Shown here in pieces: positions 12,721 to 25,291 of a DNA stretch of 64,000 bases. Origin of the DNA: Anthoceros angustus (Eukaryota > Plantae > Anthocerotophyta); NCBI GenBank assembly GCA_010909165.1, contig VJWM01000135.1, positions 62,001-126,000 of the forward strand, in the 5' to 3' direction. Under the pieces are notes generated by a model. It was not told the origin of the DNA and did not search any database. It saw only the letters and a program-made list of their open reading frames with translations. The stretch's first letter is position 1, and every line of letters begins with the position of its first letter. The position numbers and the translations under genes were made by a program.

Positions 12721-12961
12721 CAGACAGACAGATAACACAGGGTGCCAATTGTTACTAAGTGGCCTGTGGGAGACTAACATGTGTGTCCAATCACTCACTA
12801 ACGAACTATGGGTTTTTGAGATGTCCCCAACCGATGAAACGGTTTTCGGTTGAGGCTTCGTTATCCTGGCCATATCCAACCAGAGATCTATGGAGGCGTG
12901 AGCTTGGTTGGAGTTGCGTCGTGCCAATTCATGCTTTCCATCCTGTGCCTTCTGTCGCAGG

Positions 12962-14263
12962 ATGGCACCACCAGCAGCAGCAGGAGATGTTGATGTCGAG
13001 CAGCAGCGGGAGAAAGAGGAGGAAGAAGGGGAGGAATTTCTGACAGATGATGATCTGGTGTGCAAAATTCTATGCTGTCTGCCGGTGCCAAGCTTGGTCC
13101 GAGCTCGGAGCGTGTGCAAGAAATGGAACAGGCTGGTGACAGGGAAGGGGTTCCCGGGGCAAGGCGAGGCGGCGCAGGCGAAGGCGCAGAGGTGGCCATG
13201 GTGCCTGGTGTGCTGTCCCGTAGCGATGCACAAGGAGGCGATGCAGCACCGGGTGGTGGAGTGCTGGGCATTCGACCCACAGGCGAGGCGGTGGTACACG
13301 ATGTCGTTCCCGGAGCTGCGGCCTGAGGCGGATGTGACCATCCTGAGGTCGGCAGCGGGAACGTCGGGGCTGGTGGTGATGCGGGGGCTGGCCGGGGCCG
13401 CGCCCTGCTACTGGGTGGGCAACCCGGTGACCAACAAGTGGCAGAGGGTGGCGCTGAGCGCAGGCGCGCTCCCGCACGGTGGCGGGCACGACGACAAGAT
13501 CCTGCACCAGCTGCTGGTGGATGAGGCCACGCAGTCGTACAAGCTGGTGCGCATCTGCCAGGGCGCATCCTGCTTCCACTGGGCGGCCGAGGTGTACCAC
13601 TCGGGCACGCGGGATTGGCGGAAGGGGGCAACCATGGCGGACGACGACCTGATGCTGCTCCCCAGCTCCAGCACCGCCTCCGCGGGAGTCATCTACTGCC
13701 TGGGCCTGGACTGCAGCCCCGGCGGGTTCGCCAACAAGCGGGTGGTAGTGCTGGCGTATCATGTGGAGCAGGACAGCTTCGCCATCGCCGTGCCCTCGTC
13801 CGCGGTCCTGCCCTGCCTCTCGCTGCTGCAGCTCAACTGGTTCACGCTCCAGGTGGTGGTGATGCCGGGGAAAACCCGGGGGCAGGCGTCGGTGATCGAG
13901 CTTGTGGGCAGGACGGATCTGCCCAAGGCTCCCGACGAGCCCATGCCCATCACGGAGCGCATCTTCATCGTAGGGTATGACCAGGAGCGGGGGATCTGGG
14001 TGGGCAAGGCCGACATGAAGGTGAGCGACTGCTTCGCCCAGGAATACTGCGGGTACCTCAACTGCTCGGGAGGGGGACATCTGCTCTACCTTACCAGCTC
14101 TTCCAGCCCCTTCAATGGCGTCGTCATGTACGATCGCTCCAAGCAAGACGGCTGGAGCAGCTTGCCTGACCATATCCAGAAGACGGAGGATGTTCTGCAC
14201 AGCTTGCTCGGTACCAGTGCTTCCATGGGCAGTTTTGTGCCCCGCCTGGATGTAACACCGTGA
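12962..14263 (+). CDS. Intronless F-box protein (F-box plus FBA/kelch-like C-terminus)
   Basis: LTDDDLVCKILCCLPVPSLVRARSVCKKWNRLV F-box motif, YWVGNPVTNKWQ and AEVYHSGTRDWR. GC-rich 433-codon ORF from ATG 12962. Confidence 0.9.
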   Translation: MAPPAAAGDVDVEQQREKEEEEGEEFLTDDDLVCKILCCLPVPSLVRARSVCKKWNRLVTGKGFPGQGEAAQAKAQRWPWCLVCCPVAMHKEAMQHRVVECWAFDPQARRWYTMSFPELRPEADVTILRSAAGTSGLVVMRGLAGAAPCYWVGNPVTNKWQRVALSAGALPHGGGHDDKILHQLLVDEATQSYKLVRICQGASCFHWAAEVYHSGTRDWRKGATMADDDLMLLPSSSTASAGVIYCLGLDCSPGGFANKRVVVLAYHVEQDSFAIAVPSSAVLPCLSLLQLNWFTLQVVVMPGKTRGQASVIELVGRTDLPKAPDEPMPITERIFIVGYDQERGIWVGKADMKVSDCFAQEYCGYLNCSGGGHLLYLTSSSSPFNGVVMYDRSKQDGWSSLPDHIQKTEDVLHSLLGTSASMGSFVPRLDVTP

Positions 14264-14407
14264 GAAGCAAGGGAACCAGCCCCGCCTGGATGTAACACCG
14301 TGAGAACCAAAGGAACCAGCCCCGCCTGGATGTAACACCGTGAGAACCAAAGGAACCAGCCCCGCCTGGATGTAACACAGTGAGAACCAAAGGAACCAGC
14401 CCCGCCT
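14239..14407 (+). repeat. 40-bp tandem repeat (about 4.2 copies) spanning the F-box stop codon
   Basis: Unit GCCCCGCCTGGATGTAACACCGTGAGAACCAAAGGAACCA, near-identical four times plus a partial copy. Confidence 0.95.
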
Positions 14408-14811
14408 ATGAGAACCAATGTAACATTGAGAATCAAACGATGTTTTATTGATTTTATTGTTGTCACAGCTGCAAAGCGGCTGGGTGACGAACCCACGACA
14501 CCAACGGCATGCATCGTTGAGTGTCCAGCAAAACCCCTACATGACCCTTCACAGTGAGAATCCTCTGCTACCTAAACTCCCCCTGATCGTGCAGAACATA
14601 TATTACACCCGCACTCGCAAATTCATTTTGATGCGTCTTGACGGGGGAGGTCTTCACCTAAAATGCCGCAGTGACGCAGAAATTGCGGCCAATGGTGGAC
14701 AGGCCCACTTCTGCATGCACTCACTAATAACTACCTCAACACGGTCCCTTGGGTGCAAGAGCATGCCAGCACGACAGCCGATCTTCTTGGCCGACAGAAC
14801 TGGAGCACACA

Positions 14812-17371
14812 CTAAGCCAATAGGCTGAGTGCATAAGCCATGGGCTTCACGTCTGGGTGAGGCTGCAAACACCAACGGGAAGACGAGACCCTGTTAGTTA
14901 CAGTGAGATGACTAACTAAGACACACAAGAAACAGGAAAGCTGAATCCGTAGTGAGAAAACATGCCACTGCAGAGAAACACGTGTAGTGGGGCTTCAAAT
15001 CCGGTGCAACGAATCTTATAAAAGCACCTTTGTTTCCCATCTGCAGATGCGACAAAACAGGTTAGAACTCGAGGCAATCTGGCCGCTGGACACTCCAAGA
15101 GTTCACCCACCACCAGTAAAATGTGATTTACACCAACCTGGTCACAATAATTGGGTGCAGAGAACACCGTGATTACTTTCCCACCATGATCTTCAGCATA
15201 CCCATTCTCCTGTACCTCATGAGACCTTACCAAAAGCTCTGAAAAGTGAAACCTGAGTCAGCGAGGAAGGTTCCTTATCCATTTAAAGCGTTTACCAGCA
15301 AGCTGAACCTTCCACGCACCTAAGTTGTTGTCTTTCAAGAAGTTGTGACTGACATCTGAGCCAAATGCAACTCCAACACCACGCTTGCTTGCAATGCGCC
15401 CCACACCCGGATGAGGATCGCTCCAAAGAAGCTCACACATGAGACCTGCAACGAAAATTGCCAAAAACGAGTCAGACCCAGAAGCATCCCGGTGGAAGAG
15501 GAAATCATCTGCAAAAATCGATTTCCACCTCACCACGAAAGTGTCAGAATGAAACACAGCACAATAGAGACAAACCTTCATCAGGTGGCTCCCTGAACCG
15601 GTCAATACTTCTGATGTCTGACAGTTTCACACCATCAGTGCTGAAGAGCCCACCATGCATCACAAGAACCTTGTTGTTTAAAAGGTTGGCTAGCGGCAAG
15701 CAGCAGAAAGTTTCGGCGAACAAGTTTGCCAGTGAAGCATTGTATTTGGCCTTGACTTCACCATCGAACCCATAAATCTTATTCATGCTTTTGCTCTCAT
15801 GGTTTCCTCTCGACAGATACAGTCCTGCACAAAATGTGAGCCAAGCTTAGAACTCAACCTTAATCAAAACAACCACTGCTAAGCCAACCTGTTAACCAGC
15901 GACACTCAAGTCCGGTAACTTCAAAACATGCAAAACACTGGACAAAGTGTGCTCGAAGTACAATGGCACCTGAAGGGTAGAGACATTTGAAGGCAAACAG
16001 AGTGAATATACACTCCACAGAGAATGATCCTCGGTCTACAAAATCTCCGTTGAAAAGATATGGGTTCTCCATGGATGGCAGGCCATTCAGCTCGAAGATG
16101 TTAAGTAAGTCATAGTACTGCAAAAGAGGTTTGTTAAGAATATGCAAGAGTCAAACAACATATCTGTGTGCAAAAAAGCCAAAAGACTTGACAAACATGT
16201 CACAGACCCTCACCTGACCATGAATGTCCCCGCAAACAGTGAAATGTTGATTGTCTGGAATGGTTATGTCCACCAGAGTTGGTTGTGCCCGCAGCAAAGC
16301 CCTAGTCTGCAACAAAATCTGGAAAGCATAACTGCCAACAGAATGAACAGGCGTTAGTAAGGTATTTATTCCATGCTGCAATGCTAACTGACCGTGTAAA
16401 AGGCATTATGGCCATTACCGCCGATGGATCTTTTGCCGGACTTTGAATTGGGCCATCATCTGTTTCACAAACTCCAATGTTACCTGGTCACCCTCTAATC
16501 TAGGCCCACTGTAACCTTCTTTAACTTCTGCAAAAGCAAAAAGAAATGGAAAGAATAAGAAGTAAAGACAGCATGCACAGCCAACGCGTATCACAAGAAC
16601 GATGGCGTACACAAGGCGAAAAAGATGAGGATCTGTTATCCACCTATGGAGCGATAAAAATTATCATCGATAGTTTCTTCCTCATGGTCATCACTTGCGA
16701 TTGCTTTCTCAAATTTGATCTTTCGAATTTGCCTTTCACACTCTTTCAACTTCTTTTCTGCATCCGGATCTTTTGGGAAGATCTTACACACCTGTTCCCC
16801 CCGCAACAGCCAATCGATCAACTGATAGTGGGTTCCATACCTCTTTAAGCACAAGGCAGTATTAGGATCTGCCACCCACCTGCCTAATGTCTTTGAGGGC
16901 ATCCTCAAACTTGCTCATAGACAGATATGCTGCCCCTCTCCTATAATATCCCTGGACAAGAAACAATCGTATGTCACAGGAAGGCTGCATGCAACCTTCT
17001 GCTCGAGCTGACAGCAGCATCTCGATCAAATACCTCACCTTAAAATACTTGGGGTCGATCTCAATAGACCTGGTGGCATCCGCAATAGCACTTCCATATT
17101 CCTCCACTTTAGTATGAGCAAACGCTCTATTCGACCAATACACCGCATTTTCCGGATTCAGCTTTATGGCCTCCGTGTACAACTCTATCGCCTTCTGGTA
17201 GTGATGCGCTGCGACAACCAAATCGACAAGTTGGGTCAGGACCCACCAAATTCACACCGGCATGCACCGCACCCGCAAGAATCCTCCTTGCTCACCTTGA
17301 AACGCAGCATTCGCAGAAATCTTCCACGCTTCCGCGGCGTCCGCATTTGTCCTACCGTTCGCGGCTGCCAT
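14812..17371 (-). CDS. PP5: Serine/threonine protein phosphatase 5 (TPR + PPP domain)
   Basis: TPR region ([45 protein letters not shown]) and PPP motifs GDIHGQ, GDFVDRG, RGNHE, HGGLFS, LLWSDP, RSHE, SAPNYCD. C-terminus [11 protein letters not shown]. Confidence 0.96.
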
Positions 17372-18016
17372 GGCTCCTAACTCTACTCCAACTCACCTAC
17401 TCCGACTGATTCTCATGAGCTCCACCCCACCAGCACCAACCTCCCGCCCACAAGATGTCCCACAGCTCCAGTCCACTCTCATCTCCACTCGGACGCCCGC
17501 CCTTCCCGCTCCTGCGGATCCTACCAAAGCGCAGCCCTAATCCGAATCGAAAGACACCAGCACAAGCCTCTACCCATTCCCGCCACCAGACCTCCTCCGG
17601 GACATCAACCGCCCACCAAGCCTTGGCCTCCACAGTCCTGCAAATCAGCGCAATCCGCTCCAATCCTCCGCGCCCCGCTGCCGCAAAATCTCGAATTCCG
17701 TGCGCCAATTTCAAATGTCAACCGGACGGCCAGACGGCCTGGCGCCGGGATGCTGTGGCGGCGACAGGACGGGATCGGCCGTGCTCGCTCCTAGCGCCCA
17801 CGAAGAGTGCTCTGTACATGTGTCATCGCCCATTGGTTACTTTCTTTCTTTAACCCTAGTTGGAATCTACCTGCAGTAAACGATACAAACTGCATCTGAC
17901 CGGACATTCTGGAGACTCGTGCACTCTGGGAAGTCGTATGACTTTGGGAACTGTGTGTATATCCATTACTGTATTGTCTCCTTCGAGTTCACGATACGCT
18001 GATGCACTAGGCAGCC

Positions 18017-19884
18017 ATGATTCCCCGCATCCAGCCTGAGCTCGTGGTATCTCATCAATTCAGTGAGGTCTGTCTTGCTTGCTCCTCTTTGCAATCTCTA
18101 TCTTTTGTTGCTCTTATTGGGTTGGATGCTGACGGTGGTACTGTTGTGCATCAGGATGAGTTCGACTACACGGAAAGGTTTGGGCCATCTGTCTGTAGGG
18201 TTTTGTTGCTGTGAGGAAGGCCTCTTCACTTTGCTAATTGCAGCTTGTCTTGCATTTTGGTGGCAGGGATGTGGCGCTGTACGCGCTCGGGGTTGGAACA
18301 CCAGGGGAGGACCAGCTAGATCCTTTGGAGCTTCTCTATGTGTATCATCCGGATGGGCAGGGTTCCATTAAGGTTGGAGTGAATTGAAATTCTCCCCTAG
18401 ATGTGATTGGTAGGAGCGACGATGCAATGGCAATTGAACTCGCCGCTGTTTGCAGGTGTTGCCTACATTTGCTGTGATATTTCCAGCCAGGATGGTTGAC
18501 GTTCTTAAATCGGTTCCCGGCTTGCAGTAAGTATGTCTCTAATGGCGGATGCTTTTGGTAGTTTTTTGGGGGACCTTGGTAGTTTGTATGTGATTTCTGC
18601 CAGCTCTGGGGAGGCTTAGGTGTGCAGTTTTATGAGACAGTTCGTCACTTTTGCAGCTTCGATCCAGCTTTGTTGTTGCATGGGGAGCAGTATCTGGAAA
18701 TCTACAAGCCGCTTCCTACACAAGCAAAGGTAGTAATGCTCCATGTTAACAGCCGTATCCACTTCTTTTCTCGGACCATGCTGTAACTCCACCTTGATTC
18801 AGATCCAAAACAGGATGCGGATTGCTGGACTGCACGACAAAGGTATTTGTTGGAACTGTAGTTACACACGTATTTCTCAGCAATTGTGTGTTTATCAATC
18901 CACAGTGAATAAGGATGATTGTGGGAGTTGGTGTCTTTGTAGGGAAAGCCGCCATCATCGATCTGGAGTGCTCGAGTCGTAACCTTGATACTGGGGAGAT
19001 ACTCTGTTTGAACAGGTGGTGTTTGATACCCGAACTCAAAGCTGCCCATCGAGTGGAGACACCTTCCTGCCTTGTTAACTTACAGTGGATATGCAATTGT
19101 GATTGGTCCTAGATTTACTTGTTTTCTACGAGGAGCAGGTGGCTTCTCAGCTTCTCCAGCTGTGCCATTCTCCTTTTCATCTCGCACCCCTTCAAGAATA
19201 AATGCAGCGGCATCTGACAGCAAGGGAATTCCCAGTTTTGATGGTCCTCCGGATGCTACTTTTGAGCAACGTATACATCCCAGTCAGGTGTGATCTTGGT
19301 CCAGGTTGGGTATGGACAGTTCGGTCAGCATCTTTACGTTGGGAGCTCATGTGGCAAAGCTTGGTTCAGGCACTGTTATATCGTCTATCCGGTGACTACA
19401 ATCCTTTGCATGCTGACCCGATCTTGGCTGCAAAAGCAGGGTAGGCATTCTGCTTTCTTCTGTCAACTGTCGGGTCCCTGAAGTTGAGATTGGCTTGTTC
19501 TGATTACACAGTTGTGTGAACTCTTCTCAGCTTCAAACAACCAATCTTACATGGTCTTTGTTCCCTCGGGTTCGCTACCCGAGCTGTGATACGCTCCTTC
19601 TGTGGTGGAGAGCCATCTCGCATAAGGGCTGTCCAAGGACGGTTTCTGCACCATGTGTACCCCGGTGAGACGATCGTCACGGAGATGTGGAGGGATGTTG
19701 CAAATTCCAGGTGTGCCTTCATTTTGTGCATGCAAGCGGTGTCTGCAACGAAACTTACAACCATGAGCCTTAGTGCTGACGAAGTGATATTTGCAGAGTC
19801 GTTTTTAGGAGCAAAGTGAGGGAACGAGGGCAAGTTGTCCTCTCTGGAATAGCCACTCTGCAGCTGGTAGTATCTAACCTTTGA
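18017..19884 (+). CDS. ECH2: Enoyl-CoA hydratase 2, peroxisomal (MaoC-type)
   Basis: DVALYALGVG, VLPTFAVI, LLHGEQYLEIYKPLP, GKAAIID, FLRGAGGFS, YRLSGDYNPLHADP..AG, PILHGLCSLGFA, VYPGETIVTEMW. The last exon reads RVVFRSKVRERGQVVLSG..SNL*. Confidence 0.93.
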
Positions 19885-21225
19885 GGTAACGTTCTGTGTA
19901 CATCTCTAGGGTTGTGTCTTCTCGACGTTGCAGTTTGGGGTCATGGTGGATCAGCTTAGGAAGCTCAGAAATCGGGCACTGGAACATCAACAGCTTCATC
20001 TCCTTATCACCGAAGGCCAGACGTTATGACGGGCCACGGTATAAACAGCCGAGCTAGTTGCTCTGGCATCACTCGGTCCGTGAGACTTTCAAGATGGCTT
20101 TAGCTGGGGCATTATTGGTGTGGCTTGCCGCAATGTTTGCGACACTCCTCATGACCACCATTTTCTCCAATGTCTTTTTTCCTCCCGGTACTGAAGCTCT
20201 CCAAGTCGGGATCAAATTGGGCGTTGCAACGGCAACGATGGCGGGCCTCCTCGTGCACCTTTTCGGCGGGTTCTCTGACGGCTAGAGGCGATAGCAGGAG
20301 GATTGAGGATGCTACATTCCACCTCACTAAAAGCTTACTAGGTAGTATTGATTTAGTCCAGCAACCGCACGAAATAGATGACAAGCTCTTTCTCGATGTC
20401 GCATACCTATTCGTTTTGAGCACCCGCCCTGGAGGGATGACTGGCTGTTTTCTTCATATTGTCTTTATAACAAACTTCTCAATATTTTATTTATAAATAA
20501 GTATGGACTCTATTTTTTGGTTCGATTTGTTTGTATGAAATAGTGGTTTCTATTTTTAAACTAGAAAAGATAGATAAAATCTGGGAGAGCAAAGTACAAG
20601 GTTAGAAAAACATGAAAATACATCAATCCTAACCCCTTTCACTTTAAATTGTTTCTACTTTTAAATTCTTTTCGTCTTCTTTCTTTCGAAGAAGAAATTA
20701 TTGTCTTTAATATTGGTGGTTAACGAATCAAGAAAAAATTATATTTTTATTTTCAGGACTGAAACTCAATACTCAACTTCAAATCCAGCCAATCTCACTC
20801 GCAAAGCACAATCTTGCCCGCCCACACACATTGCTCCACTTAGAACATTGAAGTCTATAAAGCTGCAAGCTCGCTGTTCGAACCACAAGGGGACCCAATC
20901 AAGTGAGTTTAACCATGAGTCAAATGTGGCAATCTCGTATTGGACAAAAGGGTATGTTTAGGCATACATACCCTTCTATCCCGTATGACCACGATGTTTC
21001 ATATCTCGTATTGCAAAACCTACTTACTTATTATAAATAAAAATTTATAGTTTATAGATCTTATATGATACATACATGGATGAATTTCCATTTTAAGATA
21101 CATACATATGAATATCATATGAATTTTTGCATCCCACTTATTTAGAATTAGGTCCGGTACCCTAGTTTTTCCTCATTGCATGATCTAATAATAATCTTTC
21201 CTAACTCCGTAAAAACTTTTAAAGT

Positions 21226-21362
21226 CAAAAAGACAATATGAAACAACTCTTACTTCTAATGATAGAAAAGATAACATAAGTAAATCAGACAATATGAGAC
21301 AACTCTTACTTCTAAAATAAAAAAGACAACATACGTAAAAAAGACAACATGAGATAACTCTT
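21226..21362. repeat. Short AT-rich degenerate tandem repeat inside an AT-rich island
   Basis: AGACAATATGA(A/G)ACAACTCTTACTTCTAA occurs twice, with related AAAGACAACAT units between and after. Confidence 0.7.
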
Positions 21363-21904
21363 GACGATCAAAAGAAATGGAGAAGGATAAAATAAAATAA
21401 AATAAGCATAAGTAACTACATTGCATGAAAGGGTTCTCATTGTATTAATTTTTATTGTTTGTTGTACAAAAAGGTTCTAATTGTCTAACATTACTATCCA
21501 AGCTTTGTTATTACCATACCCCGAGGGGTGATTCGGTATTAATTAATTAAACTTGGTAAAATTTGAAAATCTAGAAATTATTATACTTAAAATGCTGAAT
21601 ATGTAAAAATTTATGAGTTTAAGATGCCGAAAGCAAGGAAACTAGAATTTGTGTGAAAAATTAGGGCCTGCTTAGGAGAGGTCTATACATATCCATTAGT
21701 TCTATGTAAATACCTATGTAATTAATGTTTAAATTTGATAAAATTATTTTTCATAAATGTTGAAATTTTGAAAAATATAAATATTTATGTTGAATTTTAT
21801 TTCTTTCAAAAAATAATTATTTCGGCATTATCCTGTTGAACCACCCCTCGAGGTAAGGTATACCAAGGTGCCACATTCCACCTCCTGTACCACATTGACA
21901 GCTT

Positions 21905-22265
21905 AATTCCTTGAGTGGAACCAGCAAATTCATGAATCAGCACCTGGCCACAAGTCAGGGCTTGAGTGGAACCGGCAAACATGAATCAGCACCTGGCCAC
22001 AAGACAGGGTGCTAATTCCTTGAGTGGAACCAGCAAATTCATGAATCAGCACCTGGCCACAAAAAAGGGTGTTAACCGGGTACATACTTCACATCAGCTG
22101 GCCAGAAAGCTTCAAAGATCACATAGTGTGTTAACCAGGTGCTTCACACCAGCTGGCCACAAAGCCTCAAAAGGACACTCATGGGGTTAACTGAGTACTT
22201 CACACCAGCAGGCCACAAAGCCTCGGAAGGACACACAGTGTGTTAACTGGGTGCTTCGCATCAGC
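21905..22265. repeat. Two adjacent imperfect tandem arrays downstream of the TKPR1 gene
   Basis: TTGAGTGGAACCAGCAAA..CATGAATCAGCACCTGGCCACAA three times, then TGTTAAC..G..CTTCACACCAGC.GGCCACAAAGCCTC four times (unit about 50 bp). Confidence 0.8.
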
Positions 22266-22489
22266 AAGCCAAGGATACCTATGTCCACACTCATATAAGT
22301 TAGAAAATTATCAAAAAGAGCACAAAGCAGGCAAGCTTTATTGCTCGACACACGCTCACATATTTGATGGCATGAAAGGGCCCCTCACACTGGAGCATCA
22401 TTCAGTCCTTCCGCAGAATTTAGGTCCAATCTCGCCAAGTAAGCGCTCAATCAAGTGAGTCTGCAAGTGCTCCATTCCAATTGCAGATT

Positions 22490-23949
22490 TCAAGGTTCAA
22501 CATCGAAGAGGCCCTTATCGCGAAAGCTGCAGATCATATCGTCGAACATCCAACCGAGGTCCTTGAATCGGAGCCCGAGTATGCGGATCTTGCCACAGTT
22601 GAAGGTGTAATAGGGAGTTGGAGTGGATTTGGGGAACCTGCAGGCAGGGCAACCGCCGTTGTGAGCTCTCGAATGTTAGGGTGATGCTGTGCCAAGACGT
22701 TACAATACTAGGTGGCGAAGAAGGACTAACTCCGTCGGTACTCTGAGTGAGGGATATCGGGTTACGAGAAATTTCCCCAGCTCGTGATTTTCCAGCTCTT
22801 GGTAGGAGCAGATGTAGCGGCCTTCAGCTTGGGGATGCTCGTACACCAGGATGTGTGCTGTGGCAACGTCGTCCAGGTGAACGTACCCTATTCTACCGAA
22901 CAAGGCGAATTTACTGGTCTCGCCTGCGTGGAAATGTTGGAAGGAAGGTTAGCCGAGGTTTGTTGGAGCAAAAGATGCGAGGGAATGAAAAATTGTACCT
23001 TTTAGAAGGTTCAGTGTGTCCGCGGCAGTACTGGAGAGCTCCTTAGGAAGCAGCGGGCCGACGATGAAGCTTGGGATGACCACCACTAGGTTAAGCCCGT
23101 GTTGAGACGCAAATTCCCAAGCTGCTTGTTCAGACAAAGTCTTGGCCAGGCCGTACCACAGCTGCGGGATCATAAGATTGTTGTCAGATGGAGGGAAGGA
23201 GGATGGCAGGGAAGGTGCTGCCAGACCGGGTTAAACTACCTTGTATTTCTTGCAGAACTCGGGGGAGCTCCAGCTTGATTCGTCGAGGGGGACCGATTTG
23301 TCGGCGTCGTTCAACCTCACGGCGGATGAAGAGGAAGTGAAGACAATCCGCTTGATGGAATCAGTGCGGGTGCAGGATCTGAGGAAGTTCATGGTGCCGT
23401 TCACTGTCGGATCCGCCAGCTCGGTCTGTGACGGCCAGAGCGTCAAAATGTTGAGACGAAGCTCGACAGGACTTCATTCATGATCATGGAATGTGGAAGA
23501 AATTCTGGATGGAAGATCGAGACCTTTCACCGCACCTCGGGATCCGTGCGAACATGGAGTACGGGAGCAGCGGTATGGAAGACCCCTTCACAGCCGTGCA
23601 CGGCTGCATCAAAACTTCCTTCTACAAGAAGATCCGCACCTACCAGTTCCAATCGTTCTGCTGCGCCTGGAAGGTTGCGAAGGTGAGCAGTCTTGTCCGC
23701 GTTCTCTGTAAACATGACAGGAGCTTGACGTGAGTGCCAATTTCGTCACCCCAAGCAATTGAGAGCACAGATAGACTCATTAGGTTCTCTGGGCCCTGAT
23801 GCAGGATATCTACCAGGATCGCGGACGGTAGCCCGGACATAATATCCCTTCTTAAGGAGTCGCTTCACAAGCCATGAGGCTACGAAACCAGCAGCTCCTG
23901 TCACACAGACTTTGCCTCTCGGTGACGCCACCTCGCCACCCACATCCAT
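22490..23949 (-). CDS. TKPR1: Tetraketide alpha-pyrone reductase 1-like (DFR/CCR-like NADPH reductase, sporopollenin pathway)
   Basis: [57 protein letters not shown] (YxxxK), [32 protein letters not shown] and [12 protein letters not shown]. Closer to TKPR1 than TKPR2 by eye. Confidence 0.8.
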
Positions 23950-25291
23950 CTAGCTTCAGAGCCTGGAAGTTGGAGCGTCCCCGAGTTTCATACAATGCTG
24001 GCCAGCTTCAGGGTATGCAAGCCTCATGCGTGGGGCTTTTTCCAATCTGCGTGCGGAGGGGAATTTCTCGTACCAAGCTTACCTACTGCAGGCTTGGATT
24101 CCTGTCCTCTGCTCAAGCTGGATTACTGGAGCCGTTCAAGTCTCTTGCCTGTCTGAACAGAAAAATTTCTCTGCTTTGAATGCGGGCACAAAAGCTGTCC
24201 TTGAACAGGTCTCCATCCTAGTCTATTCAGACAGGACGTTCACGGCAGTGACGCAAAGCCTGAATTATGCTCCAAATGCTGCTCAGGTCTGGGCATCTTT
24301 CTCAAACCGCCCTGACTACTACGTAACCTCGGCTACAGCTTACCTCTGGTATGCTGGCGGGTGGGTTCATGAGGATCGAGAAGTCGCAGCCAGCGATCAC
24401 CGGAACATCAAGCGCTCGAGCCTTTCACTTCAGCCTACTGGAAGGCCAAACATCAATTGGCCGTACTTTTTTCGCTTTACAAGTAGCAGAATATAAGGAG
24501 CGGAGCCTAGCGTTACATGGATGGACTTTCACACTGTGAGGGATGGAGCCTCCTCTTTATGGAACGATGTGGTTAGTGGCGACCCTGGGCGCTTTCGTGG
24601 TGGCCTTCGTTGCACTCATTTTTCGCTTAGTTGTTTGCCCTAGGAGAAACCGTACTCCCACTCAGCACCCCGATGGGCAGCTAGGTTAAGAAAGGCGAAA
24701 TCTAATTATTACTTGTGCCTCTGTGGTTAATTTGATTTTCTTTTTTGAGAATCCAAGGCCTTATATAGATAAACGAGTTACAAAGCACGCCTGGATCATG
24801 AAAAATCTAGACACTAGAGAAAGATGGTGTAGACACCTCCCAGCTGAGGACAATGAGCCTAACCTAATTGCACTTTTTGCTAGAGGACTTCCACCCTCGG
24901 AATACTTAGTAAGCACCATCTCATCCACCTACTCCTCCATACAAAGAAAGTAGAATAGAAATATGTTGGAGACCCACTTCTCTCCAATGATGACTTAAGT
25001 ACAATGATTTTATTCATCTTCTTTTATTTAGTAATTAATTCTTATTATTTAATTCATTTATAAAATATAAATACAAATCTAGATAAATCATTTTAATTAA
25101 TTTGAAATCTTTTAATACATATTTGAATTAGACTACACCCTTCCATTTATCCCACAGCTTTATATTACAATTAAAAAGAAGAAGCAGATGAGAAAATCTT
25201 CTACTCTTAACAAGTATGGAAACATCAGCACATGTAAAATTTCAAAATATGTATGTAGTTTCATCATTCTTCTTGAAAATTCAAAACTTAC

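Noticed and set aside
13070-14350. 426-aa antisense ORF (and 247-aa ORF 12888-13631) over the F-box gene
   Set aside because: Shadow ORFs expected from GC-rich codon usage of the sense gene; no domain motifs.
14239-14407. Regular repeats as a possible CRISPR array
   Set aside because: There are no unique spacers, the units are contiguous, the context is eukaryotic and no cas genes are present. The same applies to 21905-22265.
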